Source: Haliotis rubra
Taxonomy: Eukaryota
NCBI RefSeq assembly: GCF_003918875.1
Contig: NW_025766936.1
Location: 558,001 to 622,000, forward strand
Direction of reading: 5' to 3'
DNA length: 64,000 nucleotides
This document shows positions 39,817-52,979 of this stretch, one piece after another. How positions within the stretch are numbered: position 1 is the first letter of the stretch; every line of letters starts with the position of its first letter. The position numbers and the translations under genes were made by a program. Below the pieces are notes generated by a model. That model searched no databases, was not told the DNA's origin, and worked only from the letters and a program-made list of their open reading frames with translations.

Positions 39817-39965
39817 AGATTCAGTTTAGAAATGTATGTGCGGCGACAGTGACGACTCACGACGGCGGACATCCGCTTATCACACACAACATGTGATCGT
39901 AGCCTACACTTCAGGTCGTGATATTTACAAGTGCATGTGTCAACAAAGAGGATTTGTTGAGGACA

Positions 39966-41525
39966 AAATACATTATACTGATCTACGTCCTGACCACGAG
40001 ATACGTCTGTACAGCTGTTATTCTACCGAATACATTAAAGTGAACTAAGTCCTGACCACGGATACGTCTGTACAGCTGTTATTCTACCGAATACATTAAA
40101 CTGATGTTCGTCCTGACCACGAGATACGTCTGTACAGCTGTTATTCTACCGAATACATTAAACTGATGTACGTCCTGACCACGGATACGTCTGTACAGCT
40201 GTTATTCTACCGAATACATTAAACTGATGTACGTCCTGACCACGGATACGTCTGTACAGATGTTATTCTACCAAATACATTAAACTGATCTACGTCCTGA
40301 CCACGGATACGTTTGTACAGATGTTATTCTACCGAATACATTAAACTGATGTACGTCGTGACCACGGATACGTCTGTACAGCTGTTATTCTACCAAATAC
40401 ATTAAACTGATGTACGTCGTGACCACGAATACGTCTGTACAGCTGTTATTCTACCGAATACATTAAACTGATGTACGTCGTGACCACGGATACGTCTGTA
40501 CAGCTGTTATTCTACCGAATACATTAAACTGATGTACGTCCTGACCACGGATACGTCTGTACAGATGTTATTCTACCGAATACATTAAACTGATGTACGT
40601 CGTGACCATGGATACGTCTGTACAGCTGTTATTCTACCGAATACATTAAACTGATGTACGTCGTGACCACGGATACGTCTGTACAGCTGTTATTCTACCG
40701 AATACATTAAACTGATGTACGTCGTCACCACGGATACGGATGTACAGCTGTAATTCTACCGAATACATTAAACTGATGTACGTCGTGACCACGGATACGT
40801 CTGTACAGCTGTTATTCTACCGAATACATTAAACTGATGTACGTCGTGACCACGGATACGGATGTACAGCTGTAATTCTACCGAATACATTAAACTGATG
40901 TACGTCGTGACCACGGATACGTCTGTACAGATGTTATTCTACCGAATACATTAAACTGATGTACGTCGTGACCACGGATACGTCTGTACAGATGTTATTC
41001 TACCGAATACATTAAACTGATGTACGTCCTGACCACGGATACGTCTGTACAGATGTTATTCTACCGAATACATTAAACTGATGTACGTCCTGACCACGGA
41101 TACGTCTGTACAGCTGTTATTCTACCGAATACATTAAACTGATGTACGTCCTGACCACGGATACGTCTGTACAGATGTTATTCTACCGAATACATTAAAC
41201 TGATGTACGTCCTGACCACGGATACGTCTGTACAGCTGTTATTCTACCGAATACATTAAACTGATGTACGTCGTGACCACGGATACGTCTGTACAGCTGT
41301 TATTCTACCAAATACATTAAACTGATGTACGTCGTGACCACGGATACGGATGTACAGATGTTATTCTACCAAATACATTAAACTGATGTACGTCCTGACC
41401 ACGGATACGTCTGTACAGCTGTTATTCTACCGAATACATTAAACTGATGTACGTCCTGACCACGAGATACGACTGTACAGATGTTATTCTACCGAATACA
41501 TTAAATTAATCTACGTCGTGACCAC
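39966..41525. repeat. 61-bp tandem repeat (~25 copies)
   Basis: aatacattaaactgatgtacgtcctgaccacggatacgtctgtacagctgttattctaccg. Single copy at ~17396, ~20598 and ~52426. Confidence 0.95.
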
Positions 41526-41569
41526 TGCCACATGGACTCATCATGTTCTTTTAGTATTGAACGACCAAA

Positions 41570-41817
41570 TGAGTGAGTGAGTGAGTTTAGTTTTACGCGC
41601 ACTCAGCAAAATTCCAGCTATATGGCGGCGGTCTGTAAATAGACGAGTCTGGACCAGATAATCCAGTGATCAACAGCATGAGCATCGATCTGTGCAATTG
41701 GGATACGATGACATGTGTCAACCCAGTCACCGAACCTGACCACCCGGTCCCGTTAGTCGCCTCTCACGACAAGCATGGGTTACTGAAGATCAATTCTAAC
41801 CCGGACCTTCACGGGTC
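41570..41817 (-). mobile_element. SINE, duplicate of 28652-28901
   Basis: Near-identical sequence with identical flanks, so it was copied with the segmental duplication. Confidence 0.75.
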
Positions 41818-42114
41818 CCATCAACATATGATAACGTTTGTCAAAGGGACATACATAACCAAGCCATACCTGTAATGTTATACCACAGTAGAAATACCTA
41901 TCTCATACACACTTAAGACTATCATCAACAAACACATATAATAACATAACGGCTGACAGGTAAACAACAGAACTGTCAACAGTCATTGAATGTTGTCAGC
42001 AACACATATTGACATTGTACAAATATTATTCTCTTATCTGTAAAACTGTGGGCATCGCCGTATCTGGTGCGAGTCACCTATATATTCCCCGCTAAGTGCC
42101 ATTCAAATCATTAA

Positions 42115-44616
42115 AGGTCACATAAACCCTAGGGGGTACAAATACATAAATCACTAACTGGCATCGTTATAAATGAAACCCCGTCATTAAAACTACTCAT
42201 TTCGACCTTTAATTGACTTAAATCGACCTTTTTGACAACAGTGCACAATTCTCACCCGCGAACGAAATTTCAACCAATCAGAGCGGCGCGCCTCTGTGAC
42301 GTCATATGAGGAATAGCTTTGAGGGCCGATGCAGAATTCATCTACATTTTAGGGGTTAAATTATCTTGTTTACAGGCTTGTATAAACCTGAAATCCTGAC
42401 AATTGTTGTGGAAAATGAAAGCTATATGTTCTCACAATCTACTGTCATTTAATTTTGTCTCCTGCTTTGCCTAGTTTCCGAGTTACAACTTGTTTTCATA
42501 AACGATTCTGTCAAAATCGATTGGTGTCGTTAGGCCCTATTTTTATAATGACTGATCCAAATTGATCCCATTTCTGTGTTTTTTTTTACCTCGATATTTA
42601 GTCATGTCATGTAAAAATCTGTTTGTATTCTCAAAACAGTGTCGGCCCATAAGTTTTCACATGCAATACAGCAATTAATACTCCCTTGTTGTAACCCGTG
42701 TTAGGTGGTATAAACCTACACGTTATTTGTCATCATTCACTTGATGGTCAGTTAATGAATTTATAACAGGTATAATTAGTGGTAACACACTTAGATTACC
42801 CGACAAAGGTTCCCATTTGGCATTTCTTGTGTCTGGAGTAAATATTCAACATTATAAACATCGATCAAAGGATTAACCGATAACACGCTGATTGATTAAT
42901 TACTTTTATCTTACACAGCGGAATTGTCAAAAGGTAGTGTTTATGTATGTAGATTTACTAATCTATACTGAATACACTCTGTCGTGTCGGTGTCTGTGTA
43001 AAAACAACATCCTTCTTTCAAAGGATTAACCAGCAATACATTGATTGATTGCCCATTATTGGCTAACTAAATTACTGTTTTTAAAGAAAGGCGGACATTA
43101 TGCAATTAGTTGCCAGGTGTGCTATCTTGGGTGACCAATGAGACTATACACCGATACCTGAAAAGATTTATCACTTTTTCGTATATTAAACTGTTAAAAG
43201 ACACATCATTTGGAACAGTTTTGTGGATATTGATGGATACATTCCTCGAACAAGGTAATGGCCTGATATTGTTCCTATAACTTTAATCTGTTTTAATTTT
43301 AATATTTGCATTTTGTTTTTATTTAATTGTCGTAGCATTCAACAGAATCATTGTTTTCGCCGTGAAGTGTAATGAGACAGACAACATGCACTAGGGGTGT
43401 GTGTGCGAATTATGATTCACATTGGAAAACTATAAAATTTCTAGATATAACAGTTCTGTTATAAATTCACTATAAGTATCAGCAGATGCATACAAGTATG
43501 ATAATAAACTAATTAGGATTATAAGACCAAATATAAAGACGCACATTGACTAGTATCTACATACTGGTGAGTGGACATTAACCATGTGAATGTAGCAAGA
43601 AATTTATCGCGCAGTATTGTGACTTCGACCCCCACCTCGCTTCCGTGGAAGAAATCGTTATGTTATAAGTTGTGTCATGCAAAATCCGTTTGGTTATGAT
43701 TCCAATACATATTTAACTACGAGTAGAAAGTAGTTTTGATTTTCTAACTTGATGAAAACAAACTATAATCTCATTAATTCTAACAGATTTTTTTATTTTT
43801 AAAAATGGCGGCGCCCTGTCGGGAACATCCGCCAGTCTATGGATAAATGGTATTTAGGTTTGTTTTCACCGAGTTACAAAATCCAAACTACTTTCTACTG
43901 GTAGTAAAATATGTATTCTATTGATGGCCAATAGGATTTTGCCTGACATAGCGTATAACATAACAAATTCTCTCCTGGCAGTGAGGTGGGTGTCAATATA
44001 ATACTACTTACAATATTATTGTTACTTCGACCACAACCTCGCTTCCGAGGAAGAAATCGTTATGTTACAAGTTGTGTCATGGAAAATCTTTATGGTCATC
44101 AATCATATACATATTTTACTACAACTAGTAAGTAGTTTGGATTCTTTAACTTCCGTGAAGCGATCTGAACACAAGTAAGATATCGTTTCAGGCTTCCACA
44201 ACGCTCGCTTCGCACTCACAAACATAACCGATTTAGCAAGAACTGCGGGGTCCTGTGGAAATCTGTGCATTGGACACCATCGCCCGACCCCTAGGAGCAA
44301 TTGACGACAAAGCAACGATTCGGCATGTCGTCGTTGATGTCGAGAAATCATCAAAATGATGAGCGTGCTACACACTTTCTATACAACTAACTGAAAATCG
44401 TTCCTCATATGACGTCACTGCAGTGCTCTGGCGACAGAGTTACGTAACCTGTCTGTGGTTTCGTTGGCGGGCGAGAGGGAAGCAGGCGACTTTTTGGCCA
44501 CTTTTAATCGCTCGGTATTAATTAACCACAAGTTTTTAAAGAATAAATTTGGTGTTCCGCATAAGACTAACCACAAATCTTTCATATGTAATAGTTAAAA
44601 GAGTAACAAAAAACAT
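42115..44616. mobile_element. ~2.5-kb non-autonomous DNA transposon, Kolobok-like, right terminus lost
   Basis: Begins TTAA|AGGtcacata. Empty site cattaagtattatac at ~29201. Subterminal inverted 18-mer gtgacgtcatatgaggaa (42296) / ttcctcatatgacgtcac (44401). No matching right TIR seen. Confidence 0.6.
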
Positions 44617-44703
44617 AGTTATTATACGATAGTATTCTCTCTGTGTCCTTAGGTTGCTAATGTCAGACAGATTATATTTACAGGAATCATCGTTTTCGTT
44701 ACA

Positions 44704-45957
44704 TTAGAAACATGATATCTTCAGGAAAACACACACTGTTGCTATGATGAACAGCATGAAAAACAAAAAGAAAAAAATCCTGCTCATCATTCTGCTGACT
44801 CGCTTCCAGGTCATTGGTGGTGGATTCCATGATTCATTCGACTTCTTGTCCAGTGACAGGATCTCCGTACCAACAGCAGGAGTGCCAAAGATGCATCTCT
44901 CCCAGGACCTTGCCATACGTCCCATCCACGACGGAACAGGTCTGATGGCTGCGTCTCGATGGAACACTTGCACGATCCAGATGGTCAGGAACACGTACAG
45001 AGAGCTCATGCTAAACAGGCCAACAAGAAAGATAGTAAACACAGGTATACTGTCAGCGTTCTGTGGCAGCAGTCCAGTGACGAAGGATAGGGAAACAGTG
45101 AAAGACAGCAACACTGTGATGGCAAAGGACAGCTTCTCGCCAGACTCCACAGGAATGAGGAACACCACCACATTCACTAATCCCAGCACCAGGACAGGCA
45201 GGAGGGTTGTCAGTATCACTAAAGATGGCTTTCTCTTCAGGCTCATTTTGTAGTATACCCAAGGAAAATATATGCCACTGTTTCCAAGGACAAGTCTTGA
45301 AGCACATGTGTTTGTGATATCCCATTGGCTGTTGGCGTTGAACAAATCTATTCCTATAGAGTTATTGATCGGTCTTAAATCAACTTCTTTCAGATCACTT
45401 CCCCAAGCAAACGTCTCATAAGTACATTCCTGTTCATCCAAAGGAAAGTTGGTAACATCCATTTGGCAGAAAGTCTTGAAGGTATCGCCAGGTGACCAAG
45501 TCACAATTCCTTGGGCGGTCACTTTCATAACCCCAAAGTCGAGACCCAGAGGCTCAGCATCAACCACCTGATTCCAAATTGTGATGTAAGGTCTCCAAAC
45601 CTTCCCATAGTCAGGACCTATTTCACTGATATCCCCATACTCGCTGGCGTTCCAGGTTAGAAATTCATCTTTCCAGGAAACTAAGAAAAACCCGTTAGCT
45701 GTCACTGTCTGAGTAACTTCATCAAAATTGGACATGCTGAGAAGGTGAAATTCTAAAGAGACCGTGATTGTGTCACTGCTGTTCTTGACTGGTCTGACAT
45801 TTGGGTTGTTGTTTCTGATGAAGTCATTGTGTAGTCGAAGGACATGGTGGTCATCCTGACCTCTAGATGTCCCCAGGAACAACAGTAGACACAGCCCACA
45901 TGTCACTACCTTGAAGTGATGCATCCCTCGCTCTATGAACAGCCCCAACAAATACAT
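44704..45957 (-). CDS. Divergent nAChR-like Cys-loop receptor subunit, copy 5 (417 aa)
   Basis: Full-length paralog. Loop B YETFAWGSD; loop C CASRLVLGNSGIYFPW; GEKL. Confidence 0.95.
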   Translation of the reverse strand: MYLLGLFIERGMHHFKVVTCGLCLLLFLGTSRGQDDHHVLRLHNDFIRNNNPNVRPVKNSSDTITVSLEFHLLSMSNFDEVTQTVTANGFFLVSWKDEFLTWNASEYGDISEIGPDYGKVWRPYITIWNQVVDAEPLGLDFGVMKVTAQGIVTWSPGDTFKTFCQMDVTNFPLDEQECTYETFAWGSDLKEVDLRPINNSIGIDLFNANSQWDITNTCASRLVLGNSGIYFPWVYYKMSLKRKPSLVILTTLLPVLVLGLVNVVVFLIPVESGEKLSFAITVLLSFTVSLSFVTGLLPQNADSIPVFTIFLVGLFSMSSLYVFLTIWIVQVFHRDAAIRPVPSWMGRMARSWERCIFGTPAVGTEILSLDKKSNESWNPPPMTWKRVSRMMSRIFFFLFFMLFIIATVCVFLKISCF

Positions 45958-47344
45958 CCTCTACCTTGTACTCCAGCAGCAATGTCCGTATCCCGTTAGG
46001 CTGTAGGACAGTAGTTGCGAGTCATAGAGTAAATCAGATAAAGAGGGCTTTCTGATTAGTCGTCGACTATAGCTTTTACCTCTCCATTGTAAGAAATGCG
46101 CTTTGCGTCAGTGCTTCTATTAGAGTTAATCTATCGCCAACCATCATAAAATCCTCTGTGATGGAGGTGCCTACAAAAGCACTAACTCAGGTTGACGGCA
46201 CAATTTAGGGTTGAACAGTTTGTAGTGTATTGATTATAATGCGAAATGTGATTCATCAATACCTACAAAGAATAGCAAACAGAAACTTTTCCGTGATACA
46301 TTAATGAGTTGGTACCTGAAGGATATACAGTAACTCACATAGACGAATAAAAAAACGTAAAATGTTGTAATTAAAGCTCATTAATTGAAACAAGCAATGA
46401 TAGATCAATAATCTGTCTCTTTCTCTATAGTTCTAGTGCATAGCCCACACACTGGCTACATTATCTATCAAGCATGAACAATGTAATTCCACCCGCGTTG
46501 AGAGCTATCCTGGCTAAATCTCAACACAATATAGTCCGTATAATACCACATTTTAGCGTTGTCTTACATGAGAATAAAATACAAGCAGCTAAACCCTAAT
46601 CATAAACCGTTCCTGTTAAACAAACATTGTACGATGCCGACCCACCATTGATTCCAATGAAAGGTATTTCAAACCCCCCTTTGTGCACAAAACACCATTT
46701 CCTGCTGTTTCCGTTCTGTTATAGGTTCATATGTCTTGCTTTCTCGTCTTGTGTTAACACTCTATCGCCGTTGACCTGTGAAAGCAATGTTGAAATGATT
46801 AAATATTCGCTTAAATATAGTACTATTTAGATGCGGTTCATTTGTTTAAAATATATAGGCTTATGGGCATTGAAATTCATTTCCAAAATCTGTTTGATCG
46901 AATGCAATCATAAATAATTAATATATAATAGTATTTTATAAACGATTTCATTCCTATTGTCCACAGATTTCTGAAGCTCTTAGAAGTATTATGTGTAACT
47001 TTAACGTGACCAAATTTTGCTGCATTTTTAGACGAAGGTAGCAGTGTGAATCTGTAACATTTGTCTGCATAAAATGCATTCATCACACTTATTATCAATG
47101 CCATTCCTGAATCAGACAAGCACATATTCTTAACTAGCCCAAGATGAAGAAACATACTCCAACGAATTCATGTCAGACTTGTCATTACAGGGAAACATCA
47201 CCCAAACTTTCAAGGTATTGAATAATGAAAAGGGCTTATAGTCTATATTCTGGATTAACTTGTACTCGACGCTGTTCTCGTTGCGCTGCTTCAATCGGAG
47301 TATGGACGAAAGAATAAACCGGATAACATGACAAATTAAAAAAC

Positions 47345-50300
47345 AAGTCATCAAGCATTACCAGTCAAACTATCAAACAAGTCATCAAGCATGACTACGC
47401 CGCCCTGTCAACTAAGTCATCAAGCGTGACCACACCGCCCTGTCAACTAAGTCATCAAGCGTGACCACACCGCCCTGTCAACTAAGTCATCAAGCGTGAC
47501 CACACCGCCCTGTCAACTAAGTCATCAAACGTGACCACACCGCCCTGTCAACTAAGTCATCAAGCGTGACCACACCGCCCTGTCAACTAAGTCATCAAGC
47601 GTGACCACACCGCGCTGTCAACTAAGTCATCAAGCAGGGCCACACCGCACTGTCAACTAAGTCATCAAGCAAGGCCACACCGCGCTGTCAACTAAGTCAT
47701 CAAGCAAGACCACACCGCGCTGTCGACTAAGTCATCAAGCGTGACCACACCTCGCTATCAACTAAGTCATCAAGCAAGACCACACCGCACTGTCAACTAA
47801 GTCATCAAGCAGGGCCACACCGCACTGTCAACTAAGTCATCAAGCAAGACCACATCGCACTGTCAACTAAGTCATCAACAGGACCACACCGCACTGTCAA
47901 CTTAGTCATCAAGCGTGACCACACCTCGCTATCAACTAAGTCATCAAGCAAGACCACACAGCGCTGTCAACTAAGTCATCAAGTGTGACCACACCTCGCT
48001 ATCAACTAAGTCATCCAGCAGGACCACACCTCGCTGTCAACTAAGTCATCAAGCAAGACCACACTTTGCTGTCAACTAAGTCATCCAGCAGGACCACACC
48101 TCGCTGTCAACTAAGTCATCAAGCAAGACCACACTTTGCTGTCAACTAAGTCATCCAGCAGGACCACACCGCGCTGTCAACTAAGTCATCAAGCAAGACC
48201 ACACCGCGCTGTCAACTAAGTCATCAAGTAAGAGACCACACTTTGCTGTCAACTAAGCCATCCAGCAGGACCACACCGCGCTGTCAACTAAGTCATCAAG
48301 CGTGACCACACCGCACTGTCAACTGAGTCATCAAGCAAGACCACACCGCGCTGTCAACTGAGTCATCAACCAAGACCACACCGCACTGTCAACTGAGTCA
48401 TCAAGCAAGACCACACCTCGTTGTCAACTGAGTCATCAAGCAAGACCACACCGCGCTGTCAACTGAGTCATCAAGCAAGACCACACCGCACTGTCAACTG
48501 AGTCATCAAGCAGGACCACACCGCACTGTCAACTAAGTCATCAAGCGTGACCACACCTCGCTATCAACTAAGTCATCAAGCGTGACCACACCTCGCTGTC
48601 AACTAAGTCATCAAGCAGGACCACACTTTGCTGTCAACTAAGTCATCAAGCAGGACCACACAGCGCTGTCAACTAAGTCATCACGGAAGACCACACTTTG
48701 CTGTCAACTTAGTCATCCAGCAGGACCACACTTTGCTGTCAACTAAGTCATCCAGCAGGACCACATTTCGCTGTCAACTAAGTCATCAAGCAAGACCACA
48801 TTTTGCTGTCATCTAAGTCATCCAGCAGGACCACACCTCGCTGTCAACTAAGTCATCAAGCAAGACCACACTTTGCTGTCAACTGAGTCATCCAGCAGGA
48901 CCACACCTCGCTGTCAACTAAGTCATCAAGCAAGACCACACTTTGCTGTCAACTAAGTCATCCAGCAGGACCACACCGCGCTGTCAACTAAGTCATCAAG
49001 TAAGAGACCACACTTTGTTGTCAACTAAGTCATCCAGCAGGACCACACCGCGCTGTCAACTAAGTCATCAAGCGTGACCACACCGCACTGTCAACTGAGT
49101 CATCAAGCAAGACCACACCGCACTGTCAACTAAGTCATCCAGCAGGACCACACCGCGCTGTCAACTAAGTCATCAAGCGTGACCACACCGCACTGTCAAC
49201 TGAGTCATCAAGCAAGACCACACCGCGCTGTCAACTGAGTCATCAAGCAAGACCACACCGCACTGTCAACTGAGTCATCAAGCAAGGCCACACCGCGCTG
49301 TCAACTGAGTCATCAAGCAAGACCACACCGCACTGTCAACTGAGTCATCAAGCAAGACCACACCACACTGTCAACTAAGTCATCAAGCAGGACCACACCG
49401 CACTGTCAACTGAGTCATCAGGCAAGACCACACCGCACTGTCAACTGAGTCATCAAGCAAGACCACACCGCACTGTCAACTGAGTCATCAAGCAAGAACA
49501 CACCGCGCTGTCAACTGAGTCATCAAGCAAGACCACACCGCACTGTCAACTGAGTCATCAAGCAAGACCACACTTTGCTGTCAACTAAGTCATCAAGGAA
49601 GGCCACACTTTGCTGTCAACTTAGTCATCCAGCAGGACCACACTTTGCTGTCAACTAAGTCATCCAGCAAGACCACATTTTGCTGTCAACTAAGTCATCC
49701 AGCAGGACCACACCTCGCTGTCAACTAAGTCATCAAGCAAGACCACACTTTGCTGTCAACTAAGTCATCCAGCAGGACCACACCTCGCTGTCAACTAAGT
49801 CATCAAGCAAGACCACACTTTGCTGTCAACTAAGTCATCCAGCAGGACCACACCGCCCTGTCAACTAAGTCATCAACCAAGACCACACCGCGCTATCAAC
49901 TAAGTCATCAAGTAAGAGACCACACTTTGTTGTCAACTAAGTCATACAGCAGGACCACACCGTGCTGTCAACTAAGTCATCAAGCGTGACCACACCGCAC
50001 TGTCAACTGAGTCATCAAGCAAGACCACACCGCGCTGTCAACTGAGTCATCAAGCAAGACCACACCACACTGTCAACTGAGTCATCAAGCAAGACCACAC
50101 CGCGCTGTCAACTGAGTCATCAAGCAAGACCACACCTCGCTGTCAACTGAGTCATCAAGCAAGACCACACCTCGCTGTCAACTGAGTCATCAAGCAGGAC
50201 CACACCGCACTGTCAACTGAGTCATCAGGCAAGACCACACCGCACTGTCAACTGAGTCATCAAGCAAGACCACACCGCGCTGTCAACTGAGTCATCAAGC

Positions 50301-50595
50301 AAGACCACACCGCGCTGTCAACTGAGTCATCAAGCAAGACCACACCACACTGTCAACCGAGTCATCAACCAAGACCACACCGCACTGTCAACTGAGTCAT
50401 CAAGCGTGTCCACACCTCGCTATCAACTTTGTCATCAAGCAAGACCACACCGCACTGTCAACTAAGTCATCAAGCGTTACCACACCTCGCTATCAACTAA
50501 GTCATCAAGCAGAACCACACCACGCTGTCAACTATGTCATCAAGCAGGACCACACCTCGCTGTCAACTATGTATAAGTCATTTAGCAGGACCACC
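47345..50595. repeat. 35-bp satellite array upstream of copy 5 (~90 copies)
   Basis: Variant unit ct(a/g)agtcatcaagca(a/g)gaccacaccgc(a/g)ctgtcaa, with the same terminal sequence as the other arrays. Confidence 0.95.
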
Positions 50596-50691
50596 CGACC
50601 CCTGAAGTAAGTGCCAGTCTGTGAGGACAGGTGAAACCAAGAGGTAAATGTACGGGAACGTATAGCGTTGTCATCTTCTGTACTTTTTGTT

Positions 50692-50779
50692 GGGCACAAT
50701 GTGTGAAGCCCATTTCTGGTGTCCCCCGCCGTGATGTTGCTGGAATAGGCGTAAAACCAAACTCAGTCAGTCAGTCAGT
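50692..50779 (+). mobile_element. 5'-truncated copy of the tRNA-derived SINE
   Basis: caatgtgtgaagcccatttctggtgtccc...gcgtaaaaccaaactc plus (agtc)n tail matches 20888-20970. Confidence 0.7.
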
Positions 50780-52979
50780 ATTTTTTGTCTACAATGGAAT
50801 CACTGGACTGACTAAACGTGACTTCGTCGTTGAAACATTGATGGATAAACATTGATGTAATTTCTCTTCATGACATTTGATATATGGACATGGTATTCTG
50901 AAAGAAATGTTATATCGCTCCACGTGAGGGGGGGTGGGGGGGGGTGGGGGTGTGTCCACATAGATCCAGAGACAACATTTACTATGTTTCTAATTGGCAA
51001 CATTTCATATTATTTATTCTACCATAGTAGTGAACATACCAAGGGGATCTTATCTTATCATCTTTGACCGGGACACAGGTAGTGAAACTACTTCTTGGCT
51101 CAACAAAACAGTATCTTGTGACACAGTTCAATAAATGGCAGTGAAAACATTTGATAAGAACGCCTGGGCATCGGATGACCAAGCTCCAGTGACGGAAACT
51201 GGTGCCGATCAGCTGATCGGGGAGTCAATAGTTCACACGCACTGTGCAAGTGCGACTGTGAGTGACTGTGCCGCACGCCTCGCGTTTATCTAAGTTGAAA
51301 ATCCAGGATTCTATCTACAAGTGACTAAATTCCACTCGAATGGCATCGGTCATTCTGTACTTATATTTATTGACAGATTAAACACGTGATTTCCCCCTCT
51401 CTTCCCTTTCTTTCCGTCTGTTTGTTTGTGGTTCTTATGTATTTGTGCCCTAGAACTGAGTTTTTGAGCTGGGATCAACAGTATCATGTGATAGATATTA
51501 ATATAAGTACTGATCTTATTCAAGCAAAGCTTATAAATAAAAAACCAACTGATACAATTGTGTGTTGATTATATTTTATTTTCGAATACTGAACTACGTA
51601 TTATCTGTGTCTGAGGACACAATTTACAGTTAAAAGATTAGAAGCTTATTAATATTTCTAGTGAAATATGTTGTATCTGACAATGAGCGACGTGAAAAAC
51701 GTCATATTTTCACGAGTGGTGTCACATGTAACAAGTTACATGAACAACATGATAATAACAATAGAAGAGAAAAGCAATCCACCCATTCCTTCGACAAACA
51801 GGGGGCTCTCTTTTTTGCAATTGTGGTATTCATGAGACACTTTCAACCTTATCAAAATCGTACAGATATGTGATGATAAGGACAGGAATAAGGACAAGGG
51901 CAAGGATGGCAAAGGGAAGAATGAAAAAAACTCGCAGCTACCAACACGACGTTTGAAATGAAACCCCATTTACACATCAAAGTGTAAAATGGTCTATTTT
52001 CTCGCGGCCAAGCAACAGGGAAGATAAAATGAAAGCACATATTTGTTATTTTTGTTGTAATACTTTATTCATGTGCGGGTTGAAATACCAACCAGTCACC
52101 CAAGCCAATCCATACACAGATTACAGGCATATTAGTTGCCAACACCAATGAGTTGATGAGTCAGATGATATCAGTAACATAATACAAGCAAAATGCAAGC
52201 AATAACACTTGAAATTCAAACTTATTACATAACTTACGGATTGTGACTTTATTACAATTGTAGCGATGTCAGATCCAGTGGAGACATGTATGTGCAGCGA
52301 CAGTGACGACTCACGGCGGGTATTCGTGCACGATGTCAGTACCCATTTTAGGTGATCGTAGCCTACAAAGCAGGTGGTGATACTTACACGTGAACGTTTC
52401 AATAAAGAGGCTTTATTGTGTAATGAATACATTAAACTGATGTATGTCCTGAACATGGATACGCCACTCCAACTGTTATTCTACCGAACCGAGACCCCCG
52501 TACTCCCACTGACACATATATTCATCAACAGCAGAGCTTCTTCTATTATTGAACTACCATAAACATATAATAACGTTTGGCAAAAGGACACACATACCCT
52601 TGCCATACGTGTGATACTTCAGAAGAAATAACGTTTGAAACAACCATCAACAAACAAATATAATAACATCTATGCCTTAATACTAGGACAGAAATATAAG
52701 AATGATAGTATGAACTGGACGACTGCCAGGTCAATAGGTAAACAGCAGAACTGTTAATAGAGTCATTGAATGTTGTCAGCAACACACACTGATATTGTAC
52801 AAATATTCTTCTCCTGTCTGTACAACTGTGGGCATCACCGTATCTGGTGCGAGTCACCTGTATATTCCCCACTAATTGGCATTCAAATCATTAAATGTTA
52901 CACTATAGTATTCTCTCTGTGTCCTTAGGTTGCTATGGTCAGACAGTTAATATTTACAGGAATCGTCGTTTTCGTTACA

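Noticed and set aside
13615-50595. 35-bp hairpin repeats as CRISPR or integron-like arrays
   Set aside because: There are no unique spacers and no cas or integrase genes, and the context is eukaryotic. These are plain tandem satellites.
50926-50952. G-run with G-quadruplex potential
   Set aside because: Absent from the paralogous positions (26100, 37210); likely a simple low-complexity expansion.
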